Positions 21,205 through 31,724 of a DNA stretch of 64,000 bases are shown here, piece after piece. Position 1 is the stretch's first letter. Every line of letters starts with the position of its first letter. Made by a program: the position numbers and the translations under genes. This DNA is from an uncultured Nitrospinota bacterium (lineage in GTDB: Bacteria; Tectomicrobia; Entotheonellia; J063; CAVPRW01). The notes beneath the pieces were generated by a model. The model made no database searches, was not told the origin of the DNA, and saw nothing but the letters and a program-made list of their open reading frames with translations. The stretch is taken from contig CAVPRW010000037.1 in assembly GCA_963707985.1 (NCBI GenBank), forward strand, positions 106,522 through 170,521, in the 5' to 3' direction.

Positions 21205-22002
21205 TCACGAGCGCTGCCCATGGCCATGCAGCACCTGCACGCCCCACGCGACATCCTCTCCCTGAAGTGGGGGCGTGGGTTCGCTCCGATAGTCTAACCG
21301 TCGTGCACAGGCCCCTTGGTCGTAACAGCGATTAAGGACTGCCTGCAGATCGAGGACAACAGGGGGGTCGTCATCTGCCAGAGGGACATGAATCCGCGGT
21401 AACGGTTGCCGCAATGTGACGGGCCAGACCTCACAGCGATTTCCCTGTCCGCCACGGTGCAAGCAGACGAGATAGTCCCAGTTGCCCCGCCCGAGCAACT
21501 GCTCTCGGGGTGCCACTATCGTATGTTCTCCGCGGCGCAACAGGTCAATTTCAATCAGGTGCGCTTGGCTTTCGAACAACTCCTGCTGTTTGGTCAGGTA
21601 AAGTTGGCGTCCGGGGCTACCAACCGCCTTATTGCTGGGACTGAGCACTTCGATCACAGTAATCACCCGGCTTTCATCTGCCACCGGCAGAATCTCGATG
21701 AACACCTCCCGCATCTCCACCGGATGATACGTAACGACCCAGGGAGGGTCGCTGGCCATCACCGCCATGCCAGCCTGACCTCTTGGTGGTCGAGCGGATG
21801 GGTGTTCCAAAATCGCCACGTCAGGGTAGATGCTACGCTCTGGCTGTATGATATACAGTCGCTCACCGATGTCGGCGATGTAGTGGGCTGGCAGCACAGC
21901 ATTCAAGGCATCACCGATATAAGTAATGAATCGCTGAAGCACCCCTGGCCACAAGGCCGAATGTTCGAGGTATGGGTCCATGCCTGGAAATGGACTGGGC
22001 AT
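21205..22002 (-). CDS. DUF4058 family protein
   Basis: MPSPFPGMDPYLE start, IEVLSPSNK, HLIEIDLLRRG motifs. Confidence 0.88.
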   Translation of the reverse strand: MPSPFPGMDPYLEHSALWPGVLQRFITYIGDALNAVLPAHYIADIGERLYIIQPERSIYPDVAILEHPSARPPRGQAGMAVMASDPPWVVTYHPVEMREVFIEILPVADESRVITVIEVLSPSNKAVGSPGRQLYLTKQQELFESQAHLIEIDLLRRGEHTIVAPREQLLGRGNWDYLVCLHRGGQGNRCEVWPVTLRQPLPRIHVPLADDDPPVVLDLQAVLNRCYDQGACARRLDYRSEPTPPLQGEDVAWGVQVLHGHGQRS

Positions 22003-22040
22003 CGTTGTTCCTCCAACGTTCTGCGATCCTGCCCGGATCG

Positions 22041-23431
22041 CTACCGTGAAAACTTGTTGGCAGCGTTGAGTGCCGCCACTTTGTAGCACTCCGCCAGCGT
22101 CGGGTAGTTGAAGACGGTCTGTAAGAAGTAGTCCAGCCCACCCCCCAGTCCTAACACGGCCTGACCGATATGGATTAATTCGGTGGCACCAGTACCGATG
22201 GCGTGCACCCCGAGCAGCTGACCGGTGTCCCGTAAGAACAGCATCTTGAAGAGGCCGCTGTCGTCGCCGAGAATCTGGCCTCGGGCAATTTCACGATAGC
22301 GTGCCACGCCAGTTTCATAGGGAATGCGGCGTTCCGTCAGCTCATGCTCCGGAGCTCCAACCATAGAGATTTCAGGGATCGAGTAAATGCCAATGGGAAA
22401 GTGTTGGGACATGGTGCCAGTCGGCATGCCGAAGGCGTGGCAGGCCGCCAGACGCCCTTGCTCCGAGGACGTTGCCGCCAGACTGGGGAAACCGATCACG
22501 TCACCCGCGGCGAAGATATGCGGCACCTCGGTGCGAAACTGTCCGTCCACCCGTAGCCGTCCGCGCTCATCGGCCGTGAGGCCTGCGGCGTCGAGTTTGA
22601 GGTGCTCGGTGGCGCCCAAACGCCCAGCCGAAAAGAGTACCAGGTCTGAAGTGATCAACTTCCCCGACTCAAGGAACAGCGTCACTCGGCGTGTGGGCCC
22701 GTCAGCGATTTCCATGTGCTCGACCGCTTCGCCGAGGCGAAAGGTGACGTTCCAATCGCGCATTTGATGGATCAACTCGTCGACAATTTCCCAATCCAGG
22801 AATTCCAGCACGCGCGAGCGTTTATCGATGAGTGTGACCTGCACGCCCAGAGAGGCGAACATCGAGGCATACTCGATGCCAATAATGCCTCTCCCACCAC
22901 CACCATACTGCGCGGCAGCCGTGTGAGCTGCATGACCCCATCGCTGGTAATCACGACATCGCCGTCCGCCTGCATGCCTGGAGGAGGCGCTGGTTGCGTC
23001 CCAACAGCAAGTAGCACATTGGCGGCGGTCACGGTCCGCCAGCCGCGTTCGGACTCCACCACAATCGTATGCGGATCCTTGAAAGACGCCTCACCCCACA
23101 TAAGCGTGATGCCATTGCGCCGGAGCTGGCGTTCGATGACCTCGGTCTCGCGGCGCATGACGGCCCCGACGCGTGCGAGCAACTGCTCGACTGTGGGGCG
23201 GGTCTCCTCCCAAGCGGCTTGCCGCCAGTCAAACCGTCCGACTAGGCCCGAAAAGAAAATCACCGCCTCACGAAAGGTTTTGCTGGGAATCGTGCCGGTG
23301 TCGACGCAAATGCCGCCAACACTGCGTCGCTTCTCCACCACAGCGACTCGACAACCGAGCTTCGACGCCTGGACTGCTGCCCGCTGACCAGCGGGACCGC
23401 TGCCGATACATAAGAGTTCGAAATCGTACAT
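22041..23431 (-). CDS. sthA: Soluble (Si-specific) NAD(P)+ transhydrogenase (frameshift near 22890)
   Basis: IGSGPAGQRAA, GGICVDTGTIPSKTFRE (single Cys), GDVIGFPSLAATSSEQGR, FNYPTLAECYKVAA. Confidence 0.92.
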
Positions 23432-23852
23432 GGCGCTCACTCCGTATTTCTGCACCGTGGTCACGAGGAATCGGGAGCACAAGCTTGACCTTACGAGCTC
23501 TACCCGACTCGCTCAATTGTGCGCCTGCAACTGTGAAAACTCTGCGACTCCCATCATCGCAAGATTAGATTATTTTCTCAACTCCAGCCAGTTGGGCAGA
23601 CGAAACGCACCTAGTGAGGCACGGCTGCGGCCAGACACGGTAGTCTGCCGTGGGACTCTAGATGCGAAGCGGAATGTTTGCCATGGTCTGTGTGCCCATT
23701 GGCTGTATGGATGCCAAGCTCTGTTGCAGGCACACGAGCTCAGGTTGCGGTAGAATACGACCCCTGAGGTATGTGGGGGTGGCCTCAAATCTAACGACAA
23801 TCTTGACCTTATGGCCAGGCGGTCGCAGCGATCTATGAGGGGTAGGTGTTAG

Positions 23853-24815
23853 ATGAAGGCGCTGGTCTTTGACGGGCAATTGTCATATCGTGACGACTAT
23901 CCTGTGCCCACGCCGGCACCAGGTGAGGTATTAGTGCGGGTGCACCGGGCTGGCATTTGCAACACGGACATCGAAATCACCAAAGGGTACATGGACTATT
24001 GTGGCGTGCTCGGCCACGAATTCGTCGGCAGCCTGCCTGATGGAAGCCGTGTCGTCGGCGAAATCAATGCCAGCGATGGCACTTGTGACACCTGTCGACG
24101 TGGAGATGTGACGCATTGCGGCCAGCGCTCGGTCCTGGGGATTCTCAAGCGGGACGGCGCCATGGCCGAGTATCTGACGCTTCCTGCGGGCAATCTCCAT
24201 CGTGTGCCCGATGCGGTTAGCGATATGCAGGCGGTGTTCGTCGAGCCGCTGGCAGCGGCGCTGGAGATCACCGACCGCATCCATATCCGGCCGAGCCAGC
24301 GTGTGGCGGTCGTCGGCGACGGTAAGCTTGGCTTACTCGTAGCGCAAGTCCTCCAATTGACAGGCTGCCATGTGCGTGTCCTCGGTCGTCATACCCGCAA
24401 ACTCTCGCTGATACGCCGGCGCGGCATTCACACTCTGGACGCGCCGGCCGAGCACTATGGCCGCTTCGATGTCGTCATCGAGTGTAGCGGTCAGACCGGG
24501 GGCTTCGAAATTGCGCGCTCATTGCTGCGGCCGCGCGGCACGCTGGTACTGAAATCCACATTTCACGGCACCCAAGACGTCACGATGGTCCCGTTGGTCA
24601 TCGACGAGATCACTGTCGTGGGCTCCCGCTGTGGACCGTTTGAACCAGCCCTGCGCCTGCTCGAACAACGTCTCATCGAGGTGGAGCTCTCGCTCGATGC
24701 CGAATTTCCCATCGACCGTGGGGTAGATGCGTTCAAGCGGGCGATGACCCCTGGGACGCTCAAGGTCCAGATCGTCCTCCTTGCCTCTCCCGGTGAGAAA
24801 AGGCAAGAGATGTAG
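23853..24815 (+). CDS. Zinc-dependent alcohol dehydrogenase (MDR family)
   Basis: GICNTD, LGHEFVG, GDGKLG, VVGSRCGPF. Confidence 0.9.
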   Translation: MKALVFDGQLSYRDDYPVPTPAPGEVLVRVHRAGICNTDIEITKGYMDYCGVLGHEFVGSLPDGSRVVGEINASDGTCDTCRRGDVTHCGQRSVLGILKRDGAMAEYLTLPAGNLHRVPDAVSDMQAVFVEPLAAALEITDRIHIRPSQRVAVVGDGKLGLLVAQVLQLTGCHVRVLGRHTRKLSLIRRRGIHTLDAPAEHYGRFDVVIECSGQTGGFEIARSLLRPRGTLVLKSTFHGTQDVTMVPLVIDEITVVGSRCGPFEPALRLLEQRLIEVELSLDAEFPIDRGVDAFKRAMTPGTLKVQIVLLASPGEKRQEM

Positions 24816-24914
24816 GCGGCGGCATCAGCGCGAAAAATTCTGACCAGCACCTGCAAGGGAGTGACGGCTTGACATCACCCACAGGTATTGCTAGGCTTTA
24901 AGTCCCTCAGCCCC

Positions 24915-25799
24915 ATGGATAAGGAGTTCACAGTGGTGACGGTTGATGAGCTCATCAAATACGATTTGTCTCTCGATGTCTATTTTACCTATGGGCCGGC
25001 AGCTAACGTCCTGAGCCGACCCGTGTTGCCGCGCCGAGCCGGTCAGCCAATTTTCATGCGTGGGGAGGTAGGTGTCAAGGGCGATGGGCAGTTGCGCCCA
25101 CTGGTGGCACATAACACGACACACATCGACATGCCGGTGCACTTTTTGGAGGGCGCCGCTGACCTCCATACTGTCCTCAATAATCCAGTCTATCGCGTCA
25201 ATCTGCCACTGCTGGCCCGTGTGCTCGATGTCTCAGCCTGGCCTGACCCACAGTACCTTTATGAGTACAATGGCATGCGATACTGCGAGCTGGTGACGGC
25301 GGAGATGCTGCCTTCGGTTGATGAACTACGGGCCTATGACGCCCTGGTTCTCCTGACCGGTTTCGGTGCCGTGATGCGCTGCGGATCAGAACAATATACA
25401 CCGGATACCGAGGGGCTTTTTCACATGCCTGGGGTCACAGTTGAGGTGGCTCAGCGGGTGGTAGAGGCTGGTCTGATCCTGCTTGGCATCGACAGCCCTA
25501 CGGTCGAGCGCCAGACACAGGGCAATCCGCTGCGAATGACCGGCGATGTGCACCCGATCCTCCTCGGACATACCCCACCTGTATTCATCCTGGAGGCGGT
25601 CGCTGGTGATCACCTGGCGTCCCAGGTGGGGTTTGTTCCTACTGAAGGGATGCTAGAGGTGATCCCTCGACGCGCGAATGCCAGGGGGGCCGATGCGGCA
25701 CCGGCACGCGTGTTCCTGAGCTTCTATCGTGGGCCGAACAACCGCCAGCAGTTACTGCAGCTCATCACACTGATGACCCCAAAATATTTGTATGGATAG
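24915..25799 (+). CDS. Cyclase / kynurenine formamidase-like metal hydrolase (divergent)
   Basis: HNTTHIDMPVHF approximates HxGTHxDxPxH; GIDSPTVE; VH..LL..FILE. Confidence 0.65.
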   Translation: MDKEFTVVTVDELIKYDLSLDVYFTYGPAANVLSRPVLPRRAGQPIFMRGEVGVKGDGQLRPLVAHNTTHIDMPVHFLEGAADLHTVLNNPVYRVNLPLLARVLDVSAWPDPQYLYEYNGMRYCELVTAEMLPSVDELRAYDALVLLTGFGAVMRCGSEQYTPDTEGLFHMPGVTVEVAQRVVEAGLILLGIDSPTVERQTQGNPLRMTGDVHPILLGHTPPVFILEAVAGDHLASQVGFVPTEGMLEVIPRRANARGADAAPARVFLSFYRGPNNRQQLLQLITLMTPKYLYG

Positions 25800-26003
25800 G
25801 CCTTTCCACCATTCACGATGCCATCCTGGCGGCACCGCGCGTGCAACACTGGGCGTGCAGACGCCGTACTGGAGAAATCCTTCCTTTCCGGCAACCTCGT
25901 ACCCATTCGCTGCATCCATACCAGCTGAGCACAGTCGCTGTGAGCGCAGAGGAGCGCGTCGCCTCTGGGGGCATAGAAGAGGTGATCGACAGGACACGTC
26001 ACG

Positions 26004-26256
26004 TGCGGTTGAATGCATGGGGACGACTAGGCTGATCCACGAGCCACTGCACACCTCTGGTCGCCGATTTCTCGCCCGCGGCCCCTGGCGCACGTTCCTC
26101 TTGATCATCTGGTTACTGTTGTTGCACACCCTGCGGTTCGACACCGAGCGCTATGCCGAGCGCTGGCGCGGTCCAACGCATCGTCCGCCGGGGAGTCCAT
26201 GGCCCCATCGCCACCAGCCTCGTGCAGGTGGCACAGCGAGGGAGGGGGATTGCTGA
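26004..26256 (+). pseudogene. C-terminal remnant of a GT2 glycosyltransferase (TIGR04283-like)
   Basis: MGTTRLIHEPLHTSGRRFLARGPWRTFLLIIWLLLLH resembles the TSxRR tail of these GT2s; no N-terminal domain; TGA abuts the SDR ATG. Confidence 0.45.
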
Positions 26257-27357
26257 ATGCCATCAGTCGGTGCTTCTACGGCGGTTTTGGTCACCGGAGC
26301 GACAGGCTTCATCGGTCGACAGGTCCTACGTTACCTGCTAGCTGCCGAGCGTTCGGTGATCGCCATCGCGCGCCCCCGCGAAGACCTCTCTGCCTATTCG
26401 CGCGTGATGCGAGCCGTTGGCCACATCCCTGACCGACGCCAGCTGGAGGTCATCGAGGCCGATCTGGCCAGTCCGCAACATAGCCTAGCGTCTGGTGTAC
26501 TGCACCGCCTGCGTGACATGGTCGAGACGGTGATTCACTGTGCTGGAGATACGGCCTTTTTCCCAGCTGATATGGATCAGTACCGGGCCGGACATATCGA
26601 TGGTCCGCTGGCGCTGCTGGCCGCCCTCGCCGGTGGACGTATAAAACAGTGGGGACATCTCTCAACCGCCTATGTGTGTGGGAAGCGCTCAGGAACTGTG
26701 TTCGAGGATGAGGGGGACGTGGGACAGGATTTCCATAATCCTTATGAGCGCGTCAAACTCACAGCCGAAACGTCGATGCGCGCGGCCGGCGACCGCTTCG
26801 GCATCGACGTGCGCGTCTTCCGGCCGAGCGCGGTGGTGGGGCCGGCTCCCGATACCGCAGGCGGCCAGCCTTCGAATCTGTTTTTCATCTTTATTCGCAT
26901 GATGGAGGGACTGACGCAGCTGTCGCATCGCTTCAAGGTCCGCCTTCGCATCGAAGCAGCACCCACCGCTCGCTTCAATATCGTCCCGGTGGATTATGTG
27001 GCACGGGCGCTGGTCGCCCTGGCCGACCACCCCGATGGGGCCGGCAAGACCTTTCATCTGGTGGTCTCAGATGCGCCAGCGCAAGAGGCCATGCTGGCCA
27101 TGATCGCTGACTACTTTGGCTTGCCCGGCCTATCCCTCGTCGATGCCTGCCGCACGCCGCTGACGAAACCATCGGCGCTCGAGCGCCAGGTGGCGCGATT
27201 ACAAGCGCCGTATCGCGACTATTTTACTCAAAATGTCCATTTCGATGACCACGTTGCCCGTGAGCTTCTCGATCCTCTGGGCTTGCCGCGCCCCATTCTG
27301 GATGCGCAGGAAGTTCGCCGGCTCATCGACCAGGCTCTGAAGTGGCCTGCGTCGTAG
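26257..27357 (+). CDS. Extended SDR / NAD_binding_4 (thioester-reductase-like) oxidoreductase
   Basis: VTGATGFIG, VIHCAG, HLSTAYVCG, YERVK, FRPSAVVG, NIVPVDYVA. Confidence 0.88.
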   Translation: MPSVGASTAVLVTGATGFIGRQVLRYLLAAERSVIAIARPREDLSAYSRVMRAVGHIPDRRQLEVIEADLASPQHSLASGVLHRLRDMVETVIHCAGDTAFFPADMDQYRAGHIDGPLALLAALAGGRIKQWGHLSTAYVCGKRSGTVFEDEGDVGQDFHNPYERVKLTAETSMRAAGDRFGIDVRVFRPSAVVGPAPDTAGGQPSNLFFIFIRMMEGLTQLSHRFKVRLRIEAAPTARFNIVPVDYVARALVALADHPDGAGKTFHLVVSDAPAQEAMLAMIADYFGLPGLSLVDACRTPLTKPSALERQVARLQAPYRDYFTQNVHFDDHVARELLDPLGLPRPILDAQEVRRLIDQALKWPAS

Positions 27358-27368
27358 GGTCGCATGCG

Positions 27369-27980
27369 ATGTTCGCTCGATTTCTTCAGACACAGCTACG
27401 GCGCTATGCCGACTCCGAGGCAGAGGCCATCGCACCTTTTCTCGTTGGCAAGTATCTGCTCGACCTCGGCGCGGGAGAGGGGTACGTCACAGTGGCACTG
27501 CAGAGGCTGACAGCCCTCTGGGTCTGTGCCGTGGACATCGGCCCTTATCAGCGCGTGCCAACTCCATACCTCATCTACGATGGCACCAGGCTACCGTTCC
27601 AGGATGCCAGCTTCGATACCACCCTCATCTCACTGGCGTTGCATCACTGCGCTGATCCTGAAGTCGTCCTGGATGAAGCTTTGCGAGTCACTGCCAGACG
27701 GCTGATCATCCTGGAATCGGTGTACCGGAATCGCATCGAGCGCTTCTGTCTCCAGTGCCTGGACAACTGGCTGAGTCGGTACCGCCACGACGGCGACATG
27801 CATCCTGCACTGGCCTTCAAACGGCTCGAGGAATGGCAGCGCATTTTCGCGGCGCGCTCCTTGGAGACCGTCGACAGACGTTGGTTAGGATCGCGATGGG
27901 AACGATTGGTGCATCAGCCAGTGCTATTTGTCCTGGAAAAACCTGCTTCACAAGGCCATGTGGTTCAGCGGCCAACCTGA
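27369..27980 (+). CDS. Class I SAM-dependent methyltransferase
   Basis: LLDLGAGEG, YDGTRLPFQDASFD, LHHC, RLIILE. Confidence 0.88.
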   Translation: MFARFLQTQLRRYADSEAEAIAPFLVGKYLLDLGAGEGYVTVALQRLTALWVCAVDIGPYQRVPTPYLIYDGTRLPFQDASFDTTLISLALHHCADPEVVLDEALRVTARRLIILESVYRNRIERFCLQCLDNWLSRYRHDGDMHPALAFKRLEEWQRIFAARSLETVDRRWLGSRWERLVHQPVLFVLEKPASQGHVVQRPT

Positions 27981-28150
27981 GAGGCGTCCGCAGCCAGGTA
28001 TGAAGGCTTGACAGGATATGGATCGACTCTTTGACTCGATTCACATTGGTGAACGTGGTTAGGGGTAGATTGAGATTCGACCGTTTCCATTCGAGGAGGT
28101 GCTGCAGATGGTGTTGCGGAGCGAGATTACCGATAGCATGACGATCATCG

Positions 28151-28462
28151 ATGTCCTGTATGCCGCGCGCTTGCGAGGACTGTAGGGGTCCAGCGATCGG
28201 CGACTCTCCTGCCGCCTCCACTAACCTTGAGGTCACCAATGAATGCAACCTAACCTGCAAGACCTGCCCGCGCACCTGTGGTCGCGTGGAGCCCCCGGCG
28301 CTCCTCACTGTCGACAAAGTCCGCTTCCTGGCAGCACAATTCCCCTCTGCGACGCCCTTGGTGCTGCATGGTAGCGGTGAGCCTCTGCTGAATAAGGAAC
28401 TTCCACAGATCATTAGCTAGCTGAAAACCGAGGGGGAATATGTGCTCGTCAATTCCAAATGG
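28151..28462 (+). pseudogene. Radical SAM protein N-terminal remnant
   Basis: LEVTNECNLTCKTCPRT (CxxxCxxC), VLHGSGEPLLN, then TAG at 28418-28420 followed by LKTEGEYVLVNS and loss of similarity. Confidence 0.7.
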
Positions 28463-28489
28463 TGTGGAGGCACCGACAGAACGGATAGA

Positions 28490-28520
28490 GGCCCCCTCCC
28501 ATCCTACACACGAGGGGGCC
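28490..28520. terminator. Hairpin downstream of the VOC-like gene
   Basis: GGCCCCCTC / GAGGGGGCC inverted repeat. Confidence 0.5.
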
Positions 28521-28566
28521 TTTCAAGGTGAGGAGCGCTTTGGGGAACAATTGAGCGTTAAGGCTG

Positions 28567-29439
28567 CTACCCGACCGTCACGAACGCATCGCGACCACGC
28601 GCATAGCCCCCCATGTTTTGCAGGGGATTCCGATTCAGGATTTCACGACCGAGCATCGGGTGCGTGAAGCTCCGGACTTCATGCTCGATCGCAAACAGCT
28701 TGCGGCCAGTTTCGGGGTGCGCGATATCGACAAAGCGATACTGGTACGCGCTACTCTCCTGCGTCACCAGGCCATGTTTTTTCAGCCAGGCGTGGGGGCC
28801 GGAGAAGTTCGCGACATAGACGGCAATATGATGACCGTCGTACTCGGGGATCTCTTCGCTGGTCTCACGGAAAATCAGGCATTGCATGGGGCCAACCTTC
28901 ACCTTGGTGACGGCCACGTTCATATCCTGGGTCAAGGTATACGGCGCCTGCATGACCTCTTTGTAGAATTGGCCGATTCCCGATGCAGTCCCTTGCGGCA
29001 CCAGGAATTCAACGTACGGAATACCCAGGATCATGTCGCCGAATTGTGGCCCCGGCGCATGCACACGGAAATGATTGCCCCACGGGCAGGTTACGTCGAC
29101 ATGCCCATTTTCGGCCTGGCAGGCGAATTTGGTGCCGTCCAACCGCGGCATGACCGCCGTTAAACGGTGTTTTAACGCTTCCAGATCGGGCATCACGAGG
29201 CCGATCGTACCGCGCAGCACCATGGGTTTCTCACGTGTCGGTAAATGAAATTGCTGCTGCCCGACGTTGATCCACATGTTCTCTGGACCCACCATCATGT
29301 ATGGATCACGTGTCAGGCCCAGGCCTGCCGCATAGAAAGTCTGCGCAACTTGCTGATCGGAGATGGTGACGTTGACATGCTCCATCGACAGGACGTTCCC
29401 GACGTCTTGTGTTGAACGATCGAAACCGTTTTCTGACAT
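28567..29439 (-). CDS. Glyoxalase/VOC-fold hypothetical protein
   Basis: MEHVNVTI...FY..GLGL, QFHLP, CPWGN, HHIAVY; GGGAGG RBS. Confidence 0.7.
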   Translation of the reverse strand: MSENGFDRSTQDVGNVLSMEHVNVTISDQQVAQTFYAAGLGLTRDPYMMVGPENMWINVGQQQFHLPTREKPMVLRGTIGLVMPDLEALKHRLTAVMPRLDGTKFACQAENGHVDVTCPWGNHFRVHAPGPQFGDMILGIPYVEFLVPQGTASGIGQFYKEVMQAPYTLTQDMNVAVTKVKVGPMQCLIFRETSEEIPEYDGHHIAVYVANFSGPHAWLKKHGLVTQESSAYQYRFVDIAHPETGRKLFAIEHEVRSFTHPMLGREILNRNPLQNMGGYARGRDAFVTVG

Positions 29440-29899
29440 GTGTGCTCACCTCCCTTACTTACACCGCTCCAAACCGGAGCGAAGCTGTGAACCCCGCGTG
29501 CCTCGTGCATGCGGGCGTCACCCCGAGCTGTTTGATAAGTCCCTCACCAGATCCAGCAACATACTTCTTTGCCGATGATCATACGTCACCTGACCGCACG
29601 TCTCGACCATGGTCATCAGGGCCAGGACAAATGCGCCATCAGCCGCAGGTCGATCGTGCTGGGCCACAGCTGACCATCGGCGGGCGTCTTCGAGTTCCTA
29701 TGGTATCATGAAATTGGCAGGTCCTGTCAAGCGCTTACATGGTGATCTGTGACAAACTCAAGTATGTGCGTAGTCCCAGCCGACACCTGCGGGGTAAGAC
29801 ATTGGGGGTTTATCGCGGCGTTAGCCCCATCAGGAGAAAGTGCTCATGATGCCGCGATGTCGATGCATCGCCACCATGGTGAGGAGAAATCATTCGGTG

Positions 29900-30115
29900 T
29901 AATGTATGCCCTGGCCACTACGCTGATGCTGTCACATGTGTCGACCTGCCCGAGCCGTGCCTGGAGCACGCGGCTGTTGACCTGGGGCTCCAGCCCAGGG
30001 GTTGCAACACGCTGGCGCAGGGTCTGGCAGCCGACCTTCTGGTCGAGCCCTGCCTGCGCTGCGGCTCGTTTCACCGCCTTCTGCAGGCCGGATTCGCGCA
30101 CGTGATGGCGGATCT
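29900..30115 (-). pseudogene. Degenerate integron-integrase (IntI-like) C-terminal remnant
   Basis: IRHHVRESGLQKAVKRAAAQAGLDQKVGCQTLRQRVAT...RVLQARLGQVD matches IntI RHH..ES.LQ.A...CHTLRHSFAT...LLGH.D, with the conserved His residues mutated and no N-terminus. Confidence 0.7.
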
Positions 30116-30494
30116 CCCTAGCGGACAGTCACCGGGCAAATGATCCCCATTTCACGATGACTATCGCCATAAGCGGACATTCCGTCCACCCATAGGGAGT
30201 AAGGTCGCTCCACAGCTAACCATGGTCCCCGCACCACGGCTCAAGAAGGCATTTGCGCGCATGCGAGAGGCGCCCACGTGGCTTGGGTGGCGTCCAACGA
30301 GGCGGCGGCAGGTGAGACGACCACAGGTCTCGAACACTCCCGCCATGCTCTGTGATCCTGGTGGCCCTCGCCGGTGTCGTCGCCCTCCCGACGCGGCGCA
30401 GACTCGCGGGCGAGGGACAACAGTTATCGACCATGCCGCTCAGATACCGCCCGTGCGGGAGCGTCCGCGTGCATTGCGCCAGCGCCCATCCTCG

Positions 30495-30597
30495 ATGGGT
30501 CAACGCTGGCGTGCCCCTCTCCTGGGGTCACGGCCCGGTCGAGGACCACCGCAAGCGTTTGAAGCTGCTCCAGCGCCGCTTGCTGCTGGCCGCATAC
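30495..30597 (+). mobile_element. ISL3-family transposase C-terminal remnant
   Basis: VNAGVPLSWGHGPVEDHRKRLKLLQRRLLLAA resembles the ISL3 tail AG.TL.WSNGPVEGHINRLKL.KR...VLLAA. Confidence 0.55.
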
Positions 30598-30804
30598 GCA
30601 GGCCGCCAGCACAGATACCGCGTATGGCGGCCACACCAGCCGCATGGCTGTGGTCGGCTGAGGGGGCTGCTGAGCACCTGGCCGTCTCCATCAGGGCCGA
30701 CCAGCACTTCGTGGAGGTTCTACGGGGTCGTTTTGGTGCAGCTCATCTGCCGTTGAGGAAACTCTAAGATTGGTGACAATCCAGCCTGTCTAACAGGGGT
30801 ATCA

Positions 30805-31572
30805 TTATGGAGTCCTTCTCACATGCTGGAGGAACGCCGGAGAGGCCCCCATCTCCTCACGAATGGCCAAATATTCGGCTGTCCAGCAACCTTGCTGATC
30901 CCGAATGACCAGCGGCGGCGGATCTTCCCGTACACCGCGCCAGGCACAGGTGAAGAGTGCGATTCCTGGCGACAGTGTCGCCCGAAAGTAGACCGATCGA
31001 CGGTGCACGAGCGTCAGGCCTGATGTGGCGATGGCCCGCTCCGGGCGAAGATCGTCCGCGGCATAAGAAAAGCAGAAGACGCCAGTGTCCGCGAGGGAGC
31101 GTGCCGCTGCACGGCAGTAGTCAAAAACGTCCCCGTGGAGCTCAAACCGCGCCGCCGCTTTTTGTGCATGTTGTGACTGCACACCCCTGGCTAGCGGCCG
31201 ATAAGGCGGAGAGGCGGTGATCAGGTCAAAATTCCCGCCTGGCCAGCGCCGTAAATCCGTGAGATGGAGAGCCACGCGTGCGGTGAGACCGTTGTGCGTC
31301 ACCGTGCGGTGTGCAAGTGCATGGCTGACCGCTTGCACTTCGACCATGGTGAGATATCCCGCAGCCGCCAACTTCCACAAGGCCAGTAAGCCGATAGAGC
31401 CGATGCCGGCTCCGAGGTCGAGCACGCAGAGGGCCTTGGGCTGGGCATGCACCGCCGTCCATGCAGTTAGAAGGTCATCGACGGAGAAGCGGTGGCCGTT
31501 TCGGAGCTGAAAGATCTGCCAACTCCCGGCCAGATGATCGAGGGTGATGTCGTGATGTTCATCGTGATTCAT
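30805..31572 (-). CDS. N6-adenine methyltransferase-like protein (tRNA1(Val) A37 TrmN6/YfiC family)
   Basis: IFQLRNGHRFSVDDLL, VLDLGAGIGSIGL, FDLITASPPY, ARFELHG. Confidence 0.75.
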   Translation of the reverse strand: MNHDEHHDITLDHLAGSWQIFQLRNGHRFSVDDLLTAWTAVHAQPKALCVLDLGAGIGSIGLLALWKLAAAGYLTMVEVQAVSHALAHRTVTHNGLTARVALHLTDLRRWPGGNFDLITASPPYRPLARGVQSQHAQKAAARFELHGDVFDYCRAAARSLADTGVFCFSYAADDLRPERAIATSGLTLVHRRSVYFRATLSPGIALFTCAWRGVREDPPPLVIRDQQGCWTAEYLAIREEMGASPAFLQHVRRTP

Positions 31573-31631
31573 GATTAATCATATGATCAGACACATCCGC
31601 CTTTGACAATGCGGATCGTCCCAGCCACGCC

Positions 31632-31724
31632 GGTTGCGCCAGGCTTGCGTCGGGTTTCATCATCCAGGCGATCCACGGCGGCTTTATTCGTTCCGGGGAA
31701 GAGATGCCCATACGTGTCCACCAT
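31632..31724 (-). pseudogene. Phage-type tyrosine integrase extreme C-terminal remnant
   Basis: Manual translation MVDTYGHLFPGTNKAAVDRLDDETRRKPGAT, typical of the catalytic-Tyr tail of phage integrases. Confidence 0.55.

Noticed and set aside
29800..30800. attC sites near the IntI remnant (GTTAGCC, GTCTAAC)
   Set aside because: Isolated core motifs without the paired inverted boxes.
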